Assembly (NCBI GenBank): GCA_018817165.1
Contig: JAHITY010000062.1
Location: forward strand, 26,958 to 90,957
Origin: Candidatus Omnitrophota bacterium
GTDB lineage: Bacteria; Omnitrophota; Gorgyraeia; B26-G9
DNA: 64,000 nucleotides
Direction of reading: 5' to 3'
Made by a program: the position numbers and the translations under genes. This document shows positions 51,501-60,708 of the stretch, piece after piece (position 1 is the first letter of the stretch; every line of letters starts with the position of its first letter). A model generated the notes under the pieces. It saw only the letters and a program-made list of their open reading frames with translations. It was not told where the DNA came from and did not search any database.

Positions 51501-52161
51501 AGAAATAAAAGTTGAGGGTTTAAGAGAAAGTTTTGAGGAATTTAATCCTGTTGCTTGGCTTGTGTCCTTGCAGGAGCATAGTAAGTTTTTTAAAGAAAAT
51601 AAATCCGAGGAAAGAGAACTGCGTTATCAGGCGATAACTCAGGATAATCGCTGGCTGAACCGGGCGAGAAATTATGTTGAGCTTTACCGCAAACTTGCCG
51701 GCGCGGAAAGAATCCCGGAATTAAAATCCTTGGTAATGACTGCGGCAATTCATCAGGCGGCGATTCGCGCAGATAATGATCCGGCTGATGAAATTATGCG
51801 CAATGGATATACTGCTGAAGAAACAGTAGATAATCTGATTAATGTTGTTAAATCTTCATCAAATAATGTTTTGGTTTCGGCATTAATTGAAAAATATATC
51901 CCTTATTTAGCTAAAATTTTAGAAATCAGACAAACTTTAATTAATCGCATAGATGTGATTGTTGAAGAGTGTAGAATTAATGGTGATAGTGGAATTTTAT
52001 GCCAAAGATTTGAAATGCTTAGAGATAATATTATTCAATTAAATAAAATAACAGCTAAGGAAATTATGCCATACGCGAATGTGGATTTAGCTACTTTAAA
52101 ATTAAAGCAAAAAGAATATATCCTCAGTTTAAAATTTAGCTTTGTTGATCAGGCGATTTAG
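48517..52161 (+). CDS. Large signal-peptide-bearing protein with a glycogen/starch-synthase-like GT-B (GT5-like) domain
   Basis: N-terminal signal (...SSNA|F). Motifs TGGMALYVSDLAKEL..LG..VTVIVP, QTNDWT, SILHN, HRVGEQKG and MPSWYEPGGL parallel those of GlgA. Confidence 0.75.
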   Translation: MKFFNKKSIQLKIIALLLLNSFSGINSSNAFDFKIEHNSQQHCLAPVLQLDNSIFSKLLIDYNREVLSILHTMKYAPQLALGNDRVIGAAIQKNSNQEDPEYWLMLSHRGSPMAADINFLPDNLEQKGNGLGVFNPDQDDYVYELVEFFDNNQSDINSIINPKRMLVTGRSLRVLGMGFYQPLPISVTKIYKFRKVAAQIPSQDKADYNVLLKYSLLNYKRFAPQYRMENSFIAREIIKALNAGSVEFTGLFYALSEMIDDDQKIDFSELSRIFSDIIFYGDQQLKDNAQKILIDIAIAGQIKEISVHGLAKASIVGARSSENAIKLLRSSTVGEIVLTSPESLWSTGTGGMALYVSDLAKELAALGIPVTVIVPLFNEPIRKKEIFQSYNLHDTGRGINLNFGRAGDETAHAKIYEANQEGVRILYLENDKYFNLLKGSDGGDNAYNGSVSFRLRFARMLSLGTLLAIREMNIHPRIIQTNDWTTAYLKAYLEGRERIDPSLEGLRFDPHLQSTKVLSILHNSHAYYQGNMWVPDLAQRDKHIWDDLGFNPEKDTDILVLGHDHTQHDHNPVLRARAWLDINPTYTAVRTGDNIIDVSEGHRDRSINPVYAPEFGYLDGVLGWKASIGDFYGQANGFGLAQRQRDFLSKMLIANKESKVSIKDMAVNISKKNSQSKIEEGYINWLSNPESMLRGFYGISSDQEKSWLNKLCNDLKPQDKSMAEFKLEMRKLLEAELLQKTTKLLRSNIYIALEDKNYFKHDLEYRKMLQDFLDKPEQSIKSFFDIGHESERRRLANFHFEFIKPLQKSILQNIFGIEKDEQKFTYSMLHRVGEQKGHQLLTAEIWNSHNPGSLKAIKGTIFYDKIESHDYEIGLSLEDQNKLSDFANKHNLINLRAMEVAMILNHDVQFVIVGSADGDLDKAFQETYKIFKHTKQFAYLPEFISINSALYDLIYSGSDRFGMPSWYEPGGLSNQEAAGYGTPRHLTRRDGLLDGEIKVEGLRESFEEFNPVAWLVSLQEHSKFFKENKSEERELRYQAITQDNRWLNRARNYVELYRKLAGAERIPELKSLVMTAAIHQAAIRADNDPADEIMRNGYTAEETVDNLINVVKSSSNNVLVSALIEKYIPYLAKILEIRQTLINRIDVIVEECRINGDSGILCQRFEMLRDNIIQLNKITAKEIMPYANVDLATLKLKQKEYILSLKFSFVDQAI

Positions 52162-52191
52162 AAATAATTAAGCTGTATGTTGTGTTAAAAC

Positions 52192-52220
52192 TTGACTTTA
52201 AGCTGATAATATTTTATACT
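52192..52220 (+). promoter_or_regulatory. Sigma-70 promoter of the secreted-protein/Rhs operon
   Basis: TTGACT (52192-52197), 17 nt, TATACT (52215-52220). Confidence 0.7.
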
Positions 52221-52246
52221 CTATTTAAATTATAAAATAAATTATC

Positions 52247-52295
52247 AGCCCTTACACGGATCGTATGGCGAGATCTGTAAGGGCTATTTTTATTT
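52247..52295 (+). terminator. Terminator-like hairpin in the operon leader
   Basis: AGCCCTTACA...TGTAAGGGCT perfect 10-bp stem extended by GATC/GATC, then ATTTTTATTT. Confidence 0.65.
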
Positions 52296-52344
52296 AATGG
52301 CAAATTATTTAAAAAGAAAAACAATCTAGTTATTTAGGAATATA

Positions 52345-52674
52345 ATGCAAATATCAAAATTGTTTATAAGTATTATAATATCTATCTTTTGTTTGTTTTT
52401 GGTAATCTCCTCTTCTTACTGCCAAGAGGCAGTGCATACTGTTAGTGGTAATGTATCTAGTCTTAGCAGTGCCGGTCAGTTATTGTCGATTAATTATACT
52501 GATCAAACAAATTCTATTCAAAATGTCCAGCTTGTTATTGGAGAAGATACCGAATTTTTTGACCTGCCGGATATTTACTCCTTACACATAGGTGATGATA
52601 TTACAGTTGATTATATTATAGATGAGCAGGGTGATAATCAGGCTGTTTCTCTATATAAATTTGCAGCAAAATAA
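52345..52674 (+). CDS. Small secreted beta-rich (OB-fold-like) protein
   Basis: Signal peptide; VSGNVSSL...LHIGDDITVDY pattern. Confidence 0.6.
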   Translation: MQISKLFISIIISIFCLFLVISSSYCQEAVHTVSGNVSSLSSAGQLLSINYTDQTNSIQNVQLVIGEDTEFFDLPDIYSLHIGDDITVDYIIDEQGDNQAVSLYKFAAK

Positions 52675-52708
52675 GTTGTTTTGTGAAAAGTTAAACATCG
52701 GAGATACT

Positions 52709-53767
52709 TTGAGAATCACTAGTTGTTTACTGGTTATATTAGCTTGTATATCCTTTTTTGCCCCTTGTGCTGTTTTTGCGGCTGACCTAGCAGGTACTGC
52801 TAGTCTTAGTGGCTATGTAAAAGATTCAGTAACTGGGCAGCCGATTTTTGATGCGAGAATAAGCCTTAAGTGCGGGCCGGACAAGTTAAAAACAACCAGC
52901 AATTTTCAAGGTTATTATCAGTTTTCCGAGATTTTAATATACAGTAAAAATGGTGATTTGCTGGAATTCGCAGAAATAAAAATCTCCGCGCAGCAATACA
53001 TTTCAATAATAGATTTCAAAGATTTGCTTCCGGATCAATCATATACAATGGATTTTAATCTACATACCCGGTTTACCTATCCGATTGTAAGAGGTAAGGT
53101 TTTTGATACTTCCACATTATCCGGTATTCCTGAAGCAGTCGTAACTGCCAATAGTGATAATAACGTATTTACCACGGTTGCTGATTTAAATGGTAATTAT
53201 GTCCTGCGCATTGAATCTAAAAACCCTCAAGAATATTCAATTATTGCCAAAGCCGATGAATATTATGAAAGTTCACCTCAAATTATCAAAGTTTTTCCTT
53301 ATGATACATATAATATAGATTTCCCCCTTGATATTATGGCCTTGGGTGTCAGTGTGTCTCCGGACAGTTGGCAGATTGGCAGCATTGGACCTAATTCAGT
53401 AGCCACCATGCAGCTAGGGCAGCAAATTACTGTTACAAATACAGGTAATGATAATTTGACTTATAGTTTGATGTTAATAAGTCCAGAAGGCTGGACAGCT
53501 TCACAAACAGCTGTGGCAGCAGAACAATATATTCTTAATGTCTGCTTTTCATCAGAAATAGAAACAATATCATGGAATGATGAAAATCATTCTCTTCTTG
53601 AAATATTGCAACGCTGCTCAGAAATAAAATTTGCTGGTGATCAGAATGGCGTAGATATTATCCCCGGACAACAAAGAACTCTTTGGATGCAGTTTAAAGC
53701 ACCGCTTTCAACAATAATAGAAAATGAACAGGTAATTGAAGTTATCATTAATGCAGAAATGCCATAA
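52709..53767 (+). CDS. Secreted protein: two carboxypeptidase-regulatory-like (CnaB-type) domains plus a C-terminal fibre-subunit-like domain
   Basis: TTG start after GGAG; signal peptide ...AVFA; repeats LSGYVKDSVTGQPI and VRGKVFDTSTLSGI. The C-terminal ~140 aa are homologous to the 158-aa neighbour. Confidence 0.7.
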   Translation: MRITSCLLVILACISFFAPCAVFAADLAGTASLSGYVKDSVTGQPIFDARISLKCGPDKLKTTSNFQGYYQFSEILIYSKNGDLLEFAEIKISAQQYISIIDFKDLLPDQSYTMDFNLHTRFTYPIVRGKVFDTSTLSGIPEAVVTANSDNNVFTTVADLNGNYVLRIESKNPQEYSIIAKADEYYESSPQIIKVFPYDTYNIDFPLDIMALGVSVSPDSWQIGSIGPNSVATMQLGQQITVTNTGNDNLTYSLMLISPEGWTASQTAVAAEQYILNVCFSSEIETISWNDENHSLLEILQRCSEIKFAGDQNGVDIIPGQQRTLWMQFKAPLSTIIENEQVIEVIINAEMP

Positions 53768-53846
53768 TTCTTTATTACGCTCAATAGCGTTTACATAGAA
53801 AGTATATTTTTTATAACTGCCTTAGGGCAAAAACAAGGAGGAAGAA

Positions 53847-54323
53847 GTGAAAAAGGGTTTAATTTTGGCTTTAATATTAACATTTGCATTTTCAGGGGCT
53901 GCTTTTGCTGCTGAGAGCGCACAAATTGCGGTAACTGTAACTATAACTCAAAGCGTATCTGTTACTGTAAATCCAGGCAGCTATGCCTTTGGGGCAACTG
54001 ATGCTGGAGCAACTCTATCAACAGCTCCAGATACTTTTACCGCAACTAATGATGGAAATGGCGCTGAAAACTTAGTAATTACAGTTGCTAATACAACTAA
54101 CTGGATAGCTGGTTCAACAGTTGGAACTGATCAGTTTGCAATGAATGTTGATACTGGAAGCGGATGGACATTAATTGATCCAGCAACTGGTTCTTCATTG
54201 GCAGCAGGGGTAGTGGCTGCAGGTACTCAGGATTTTGGATTGCAGTTGCTTGTTCCTAGTGCAACAACTAATGCAGGTGCGGAACAGTCAATAGCAGTTA
54301 CTGTAACAGCTTCAGCTCAATAA
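53847..54323 (+). CDS. Secreted Ala/Thr/Gly-rich putative fibre (fimbrial/TasA/WxL-like) major subunit
   Basis: AAGGAGG RBS, signal peptide ...AAFA, all-beta alternating pattern, no Cys, downstream stabilising hairpin. Confidence 0.7.
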   Translation: MKKGLILALILTFAFSGAAFAAESAQIAVTVTITQSVSVTVNPGSYAFGATDAGATLSTAPDTFTATNDGNGAENLVITVANTTNWIAGSTVGTDQFAMNVDTGSGWTLIDPATGSSLAAGVVAAGTQDFGLQLLVPSATTNAGAEQSIAVTVTASAQ

Positions 54324-54346
54324 TAAGTAATTAATAGAATAAAGGG

Positions 54347-54381
54347 TTTAGGTGAAGAGCTGATTTTGCTCTTCACCTGGG
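54347..54381 (+). promoter_or_regulatory. Intra-operon stem-loop without U-tract (probable mRNA-stabilising element)
   Basis: AGGTGAAGAGC-tgatttt-GCTCTTCACCT perfect 11-bp stem directly after the 158-aa gene. Confidence 0.65.
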
Positions 54382-54408
54382 CTACTTTAAAAACGAGAAA
54401 GTTAGTCT

Positions 54409-54870
54409 ATGCTGAATTTAAAAAAATATCTTATTGCACTTATAATTATCTTAAATTTATTTATTACTCTCCCGGCCTTTGCCGGAGGACTTTCCTCGAA
54501 TTGGGGAGAAGTTCATATTGATAATCTTGAGGTCGGCAAGTCATATGATTTAAATGACTTTTTGAACACTACTTTTAAAATCATGAATAATTTTGACAAA
54601 GTTATTCTTTTAAATATTTCTATTGTAAAACCTGAATTATCAGAGTTAAAGCCTGGTTATTTAGTGATTGAAGATACTTCTTGGGTACAGGTAAAAAATG
54701 AAGTTATTATTCCGGCACAGTCACAGGGAGTTGTTCCCATAAATATTAGTATCCCTGATTCAGATGAGTATAAAGGTAAGAAATATCAGTTTTGGATATG
54801 GACCCGCACATCTGGTCAGGCAGTTGGCGTGGGATTGAAAAGTCGGATATTGATTAGTATTGTTAATTAG
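54409..54870 (+). CDS. Secreted single Ig-like protein, possible assembly chaperone
   Basis: Signal peptide ...PAFA; SWV....VIIPAQSQGVVPINISIP...GKKYQFWI pattern resembling Ig-fold chaperone-like domains. Confidence 0.55.
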   Translation: MLNLKKYLIALIIILNLFITLPAFAGGLSSNWGEVHIDNLEVGKSYDLNDFLNTTFKIMNNFDKVILLNISIVKPELSELKPGYLVIEDTSWVQVKNEVIIPAQSQGVVPINISIPDSDEYKGKKYQFWIWTRTSGQAVGVGLKSRILISIVN

Positions 54871-54898
54871 AATTAATTTAGACAAAATTTATAATTAT

Positions 54899-57800
54899 AT
54901 GATAAAAAAACGCTTTTTAAAAATTATCGTAGGCATTCTTTTCATTACCGGTATGGTTGGCTCAGCTTATGCCCAGCCATTTGCTACTATTTTATTAAGC
55001 GTAACAGTAACTGATACCACAGCGCCATTAGCTCCTACAGGACTTACTGCTGTAGATGGTGATGGGATAATTAATCTTAACTGGAGTGCCAATCAAGAAG
55101 GAGATCTTGCTGGATATAATCTTTATAGATCTCTTACTTCAGAAAGTGGATACAGTAAATTAAATTCAGGATTGATCACAACAATATCTTATCAAGATAC
55201 AGGGCTTATAAATGGTAATATCTATTACTATAAAATAACCGCAGTAGATGCAAGTAATAATGAAAGTCTTTATTCCGGAGAAATAAGCGTCAGTCTTGAG
55301 CTTTTAGTTACGGATGAAGTTGAACCTAATGATAGTTTTGCCCAGGCAAATAATCTGGGGATTAATTCACTGATGAATGGAGCCATTGCTGATTTAGGAG
55401 ATATTGATTATTACCGGTTTACAGTTGATTCCCCCGGAATTTTAAATGTATCCTTAACAAATGTCCCGGCTAATATTAATGCCGCTGTCGTGATCTATGA
55501 TTCTATTTATTCAATGAAGACTTCCCAGGGCGCAGGTTATGGCTCAGATATAGTTATAAATTATGAGGTTGCTTCTTCGGGGGTATATTATGTGAGCATT
55601 TTTGATAGTGGTAATGATGGAATATCAGCTTCTTTGTATGATCTTAAGGTTACACATATTCCTGGACTTGATGTATATGAGCCAAACCCTGATTTTGCTC
55701 AAGCGACGAATATAAATTCTGGCGATGATATTCAGGCAACGATTTTTCCTGTAAGTGATAATGACTATTATAAGATTACCTCAAATAGTGTTAGCATGAT
55801 GCATGTTCACCTCACTAATGTTCCCAATAATATTAATGCTTATTTAACAGTTTATGATTCTAATTTTATTACAAAATCTGCGAAGGCTGGCATTAACGGT
55901 GCAGATATTGACTTAGAACTTGAGACAAAAGAAAATGAAGAATATTTTATTAGAGTATACGATACTACAAATGACAGTAGTTCTCTATTATTATATAATC
56001 TTCAGGCAATTGTTACCCTTGGACTGGATGCATATGAGCCTAATAATGATTTTGATAATGCTGCCGTAGTAAATCTAAATGAGCCTATCCAGGCAAATAT
56101 ATTTGGTATGGGTGATAATGACTACTATAAGGTTTCGGTAACAGAGCCGGGAGTGTTTACGGTCGCTTTATCTAATGTACCTGCAAATATAAGGCCGTAT
56201 GTTTATGCTTACAGAGCTGATCAAAGTTATTTGATGTCTAAGATGGGGCAAACAGGTGATAATCTTGAATTTAATTTTGAAGTTTCAGCGACCGGAGATT
56301 ATTATATAAGGGTTTATGATTCGTTAAACTATTTGGTTTCAACTGAGACATATGATTTACTAATTTCGCAGACACCGATTTCTCTGGATAATGTTGTCGA
56401 TACCCCAGATGCATTTAGTCCTAATGGAGATAATAATGCTGATATTAATACTATAACTTATTATCTAACAAAGAACGGGCTTGTTACAATAAAAATTTAT
56501 GATGCTCAGGATGCGCTTGTTAGAGTATTAAAAAACGAGCAAGCAGAAAATTACGGGACAAGGACTGCTGTTTGGGATGGAAAAAATGATACAGGGAATA
56601 TTCTCGCGGACGGGATTTATAAATATATTATTGAAGCCGTGGATTTGCAGGGCAATCCTGCTTTATCACATCAAAGTACAATTACCATTGAAAATAATTT
56701 TCTGGTCATTGTCGAACCATCAAGTCCGATTGCCGGACAGGTAACTTTTAGAGCTGTGCCTTCGCAAAATATTACTACTGTGCGCCAAGTGCGTTTTCGC
56801 TATAACCTTAAAGGCTCAATTTCTTCTTATGATGTAGATCCAGTCAATATTCTTGCCCAGGAGCAGGCTGATAGCAGCTGGACAGTATCATGGGATACAA
56901 CTAAAGTAAAGAACGGTGAGTATGAGATATCTGTTGGCGCGGCTTATTATGATTTAAATGGGATCCAGCGATATGAGACTTTGCCGCCAGTGAATTATAT
57001 AATATCTAATATTATTGTAATTAATAATCTTTCTGTTAGCTCAAATGCGTTTAGTCCTAATGGAGATAATTATAATGAAATTACAAATATAAATTATCTG
57101 ATCACCAAAGACGCGAATGTAACTATTAATATTTATGATGATCAGGGAACACTTGTGCGTGCGCTGATAACTGCCCAAGCAAAACTTGCTGGAGATAATT
57201 TGGAAATTTGGGATGGCAAGGATAATGATGCTGTGCTGCTGGATGAAGGTGTTTATACTTGTATTGTGACTGCCACTGAGAATTGGGGCGACGCAAGTCC
57301 TAAACAAATAGATATTGTTATTGATAATCATGCAATGACAATTACTGAACCTGTTGAGGGAAATATTTTATCAGGTGAAGTTAGCATTACAACAGTACCT
57401 TCTATATATGCTAATGCTTATTCTGTTTACTTGGAGTGCAAAGCAAAAAATGATCTTTGGTGGACAATGATCAATAATGCGGTAAAACAGCCTGATGCCA
57501 GCTGGATAAGCACATGGGATACAGCAGCTTTGCCCAGTGGGGAGTATGAACTCAGAGTGTGTGTTGCGTATCGGGATTTAAATAATCTAGGTAGGAGCGA
57601 ATTCTCCGCGCCGATTACTTGTTCAGTATCTAACAGTTTTGCAATATTAAGTTTCTCAGATCGGCCTGACGCGTTCAGCCCAAATAATGATTATAATGCT
57701 GATGTAACAATAATAAATTATTTAATTACTGCTGATGCTCAGGTAAGCCTGAAAATATTTGATCAAAATAATCTGCTAATTAGAACCCTTAAAGACAATG

Positions 57801-59815
57801 TTCAGGAATTAGCTGGTAGCATAAATACTGAATGGGATGGTAAAGATGATCTTGGAGTCCTGGTTCCCGAGGGAGAGTATACCTATATCTTAGATGCCAT
57901 GGATGCCCAGAATAATGCTGTTCAGAAACAGGGAACAATAACAGTTGATAATCATTTTCTAACGATTACAATTCCTGCTAGCGGAACTACATTAAGTGAT
58001 ACAGTAGTTTTGCAAGGAGTTCCTTCTGCAAATACAACTGTAACTTCAGGACAATTTCGCTATCGAATCTATAATGTCAATTATTGGATAAATATAGGTG
58101 CATGGGTAAAACAATCGGATGGAAGTATAACTGGTAGTTGGGATACCACAGTAATAGAAAACAACGATTATGAGGTGCAGGCTTATGTTAATTATATAGA
58201 TAAGGACGGATTGGCTAGAAGTGAATATACGATTCCTGTACTTTATACGGTAGATAATATTGCGGTGCTTAGTTGCTCTACGTGGCCTGTAATAATTTCA
58301 CCGAACGCTGATTCTGTAAAAGATACTACGACACTTATTGCTAATTTATCAGATGTATTTGATTGGATAATTACTATAAAGGATTCTTTGAATGTAGAAG
58401 TTAAGAGTTTTTCAGGTAATGGCAAGACTATATCATTGGACTGGGATGGAAAAGATACTAGTGATAGCATTGTTGCGGATGGAGTGTATACTTGTTATGT
58501 TCAAGCAATAGATCCCGATACTGGTTTGCCTGTTTCCACAAAATCCTGCGCAATTGAAATTGATAATACTCCAGCGCAGGCTGTTATTACATTTCCGGTA
58601 GCGGACAGTATTGTTTCTGGTAATTTGGATATAATAGGTACAGTTAATGATATTAATTTTAAATCAGCAGTGCTTCAGTATGGAGAAGGCAGCAATCCTT
58701 TGACATGGGTGGATATTGTTTCTATAAATACTGTGGTTATTGCTAATAAATTAGGCGAGATTGATACTGGTACTTTACCTAATGGGATTATAACTTTTAA
58801 AATTGTTGGAGAAGATAATGCCGGCAATATTAGCGAAGGCTCAGTCCAGGTTACTACTGATAATGTGAAGATTACAAATGTTTCTGCTAACCCAAGGACT
58901 ATTGATCCTGCTGTGTCAGAAAGCACATCAATTAATTTTAGTCTTGACCGCGATGCAAATGTAACGATAAGAATTTACAAAGCTGAAAATCCGTATGACT
59001 ATAATTATATTGTAACTTCATATGTAAAAACATATGTTTTTACTCCTGTTGATAATATACCTTATTCCTCCGGGCAACATGCATTTGTTTGGGACGGCAG
59101 AGATGGAAATGGCGAGTTGCTTCCAGTAGGTACCTATGTTTTTACTATGGAAGCTACCGCAGCAGGCGCAGGAGATGGCTATTATGATCCAGAGTATGTA
59201 GATGGTGATTCATTGATAGATAATACAGGTTTTAGTTTAATTTTTAATCCTTATAAAAATGAAAATTGTTTGATCGATTATGATATTGTATCACCTGCAT
59301 GGCTAACAATAATGACATTTTCCAGCGATGGACAGACTGTGCGAAAATTGGTTCGTTGGGAATTTCGTGATGCCGGAAGCTATACTGAATACTGGGATGG
59401 GCGTACATATGATGGTAATGTTGTTAGCGTGGGGTCATATAATATTCGAGGTTATACAAAACAGATGCCTGAGAACTACATTATTATTAAAAATTCTCCA
59501 ATTTCTGTCACCTCCTTGGAAACAGAAGCATATCTGATTTTACCTTTGTATGATCAGGTCAGCACAATTAAATACGCAATATCGCGTGATGCTTTTGTAA
59601 CCATAAAACTGTATGATCCTAATGGAAGTTATTATTGTACTTTAGAAGAAGGATCCATACTAAAACAAGGCGGTAACTATTCTGTGGAGTGGAATGGAAC
59701 TAATGATGATGGGAAATATATAAATGTTTCCGGTGATTATAGGGTTGAGATTACTTTAACTGATGCCGAGGGTGTGAGCATTGTGCGTAACGGTAATATA
59801 GTTGTTTATAAATAG
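54899..59815 (+). CDS. Giant secreted multi-Ig protein: FN3, 3 PPC-like repeats, ~7 FlgD-Ig domains interleaved with bacterial Ig-like domains
   Basis: Signal peptide ...SAYA; FN3 (PLAPTGL...YYYKITAVD); three E-P-N repeats; AFSPNGD motifs and seven WDG[KR]/WNG motifs. Confidence 0.8.
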   Translation: MIKKRFLKIIVGILFITGMVGSAYAQPFATILLSVTVTDTTAPLAPTGLTAVDGDGIINLNWSANQEGDLAGYNLYRSLTSESGYSKLNSGLITTISYQDTGLINGNIYYYKITAVDASNNESLYSGEISVSLELLVTDEVEPNDSFAQANNLGINSLMNGAIADLGDIDYYRFTVDSPGILNVSLTNVPANINAAVVIYDSIYSMKTSQGAGYGSDIVINYEVASSGVYYVSIFDSGNDGISASLYDLKVTHIPGLDVYEPNPDFAQATNINSGDDIQATIFPVSDNDYYKITSNSVSMMHVHLTNVPNNINAYLTVYDSNFITKSAKAGINGADIDLELETKENEEYFIRVYDTTNDSSSLLLYNLQAIVTLGLDAYEPNNDFDNAAVVNLNEPIQANIFGMGDNDYYKVSVTEPGVFTVALSNVPANIRPYVYAYRADQSYLMSKMGQTGDNLEFNFEVSATGDYYIRVYDSLNYLVSTETYDLLISQTPISLDNVVDTPDAFSPNGDNNADINTITYYLTKNGLVTIKIYDAQDALVRVLKNEQAENYGTRTAVWDGKNDTGNILADGIYKYIIEAVDLQGNPALSHQSTITIENNFLVIVEPSSPIAGQVTFRAVPSQNITTVRQVRFRYNLKGSISSYDVDPVNILAQEQADSSWTVSWDTTKVKNGEYEISVGAAYYDLNGIQRYETLPPVNYIISNIIVINNLSVSSNAFSPNGDNYNEITNINYLITKDANVTINIYDDQGTLVRALITAQAKLAGDNLEIWDGKDNDAVLLDEGVYTCIVTATENWGDASPKQIDIVIDNHAMTITEPVEGNILSGEVSITTVPSIYANAYSVYLECKAKNDLWWTMINNAVKQPDASWISTWDTAALPSGEYELRVCVAYRDLNNLGRSEFSAPITCSVSNSFAILSFSDRPDAFSPNNDYNADVTIINYLITADAQVSLKIFDQNNLLIRTLKDNVQELAGSINTEWDGKDDLGVLVPEGEYTYILDAMDAQNNAVQKQGTITVDNHFLTITIPASGTTLSDTVVLQGVPSANTTVTSGQFRYRIYNVNYWINIGAWVKQSDGSITGSWDTTVIENNDYEVQAYVNYIDKDGLARSEYTIPVLYTVDNIAVLSCSTWPVIISPNADSVKDTTTLIANLSDVFDWIITIKDSLNVEVKSFSGNGKTISLDWDGKDTSDSIVADGVYTCYVQAIDPDTGLPVSTKSCAIEIDNTPAQAVITFPVADSIVSGNLDIIGTVNDINFKSAVLQYGEGSNPLTWVDIVSINTVVIANKLGEIDTGTLPNGIITFKIVGEDNAGNISEGSVQVTTDNVKITNVSANPRTIDPAVSESTSINFSLDRDANVTIRIYKAENPYDYNYIVTSYVKTYVFTPVDNIPYSSGQHAFVWDGRDGNGELLPVGTYVFTMEATAAGAGDGYYDPEYVDGDSLIDNTGFSLIFNPYKNENCLIDYDIVSPAWLTIMTFSSDGQTVRKLVRWEFRDAGSYTEYWDGRTYDGNVVSVGSYNIRGYTKQMPENYIIIKNSPISVTSLETEAYLILPLYDQVSTIKYAISRDAFVTIKLYDPNGSYYCTLEEGSILKQGGNYSVEWNGTNDDGKYINVSGDYRVEITLTDAEGVSIVRNGNIVVYK

Positions 59816-59828
59816 GGTTTTGATTTAT

Positions 59829-60695
59829 ATGAAAAAGAAAATAATAATATTCCTTGGCTTATTTTTTATTGTAACAAATGCTTTTGCTCAAGGTTTAGAG
59901 AATAAGATTATATATTCCAGATTTACCAATGGGTATTGGCAGATTTGGAGTTATTCTTTAGATTTAAACCAGCATGAGCAATTAACAAAATCAGCATATG
60001 ATAAACGCAATCCTATTTGTATAGATATTAAGGGAAAGATAATTTTCCGTTCAAGCAATGCTAATATGTATTTACTGGATACAAATACTGCTAAAGAAGA
60101 ACAGATTTTAAAAGATCTGGGGAGAATTGCCTATCCTGCCTGGTCAGAGCAAAATAATTCACTGGCTTTTACAAGATATGATGATACATTAACTGATGAA
60201 AGTGAACTTTGGACAGTGGCTTTAGACGGCACAGGACAAAGAGTTCTGACTAATTTACCGGGCATGCAGTATGACGCTTCCTGGTCAAATGACGGCAAAC
60301 ATATCTTATATTCAGCGCTTGAGTCTTATGGCAAACATCATATCTGGATTATGGATATTGACGGCAAGAATAGTAAACAGCTTACTTCTAATGACAAAGC
60401 GTATGATTTATCCGCAGTGTTTTCACCAGATGATAAAACTATTGCTTTTGCTTCAAATCAAACTGGAAATTTTGAAATATGGCTAATGGATAATAATGGA
60501 AAAAACCTTAAAAATATCACAAACAACAATGCGTTTGACGCAAAACCAACATTTTCTCCTGATGCAAAACAAATAGCTTTTGTTTCATCAAGAAGCAATA
60601 GTTTACAGATCTGGATTATGAATACTGATGGATCAAATCCTGTCATGATAAGTGACGGTAAAGAAGAGGCGCAGGATCCTTTTTGGGTGAAATAG
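59829..60695 (+). CDS. Secreted TolB-like beta-propeller (PD40 repeats)
   Basis: Signal peptide ...AFA; repeats WSNDGK, FSPDDK.IAFAS, FSPDAK.IAFVS, IWIMD.DG. Confidence 0.85.
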   Translation: MKKKIIIFLGLFFIVTNAFAQGLENKIIYSRFTNGYWQIWSYSLDLNQHEQLTKSAYDKRNPICIDIKGKIIFRSSNANMYLLDTNTAKEEQILKDLGRIAYPAWSEQNNSLAFTRYDDTLTDESELWTVALDGTGQRVLTNLPGMQYDASWSNDGKHILYSALESYGKHHIWIMDIDGKNSKQLTSNDKAYDLSAVFSPDDKTIAFASNQTGNFEIWLMDNNGKNLKNITNNNAFDAKPTFSPDAKQIAFVSSRSNSLQIWIMNTDGSNPVMISDGKEEAQDPFWVK

Positions 60696-60708
60696 ATAAG
60701 GTGACGTA

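Noticed and set aside
59829-60695. Calling the propeller gene tolB of a Tol-Pal system
   Set aside because: It lacks the TolB N-terminal domain, and there are no tolQRA or pal neighbours.
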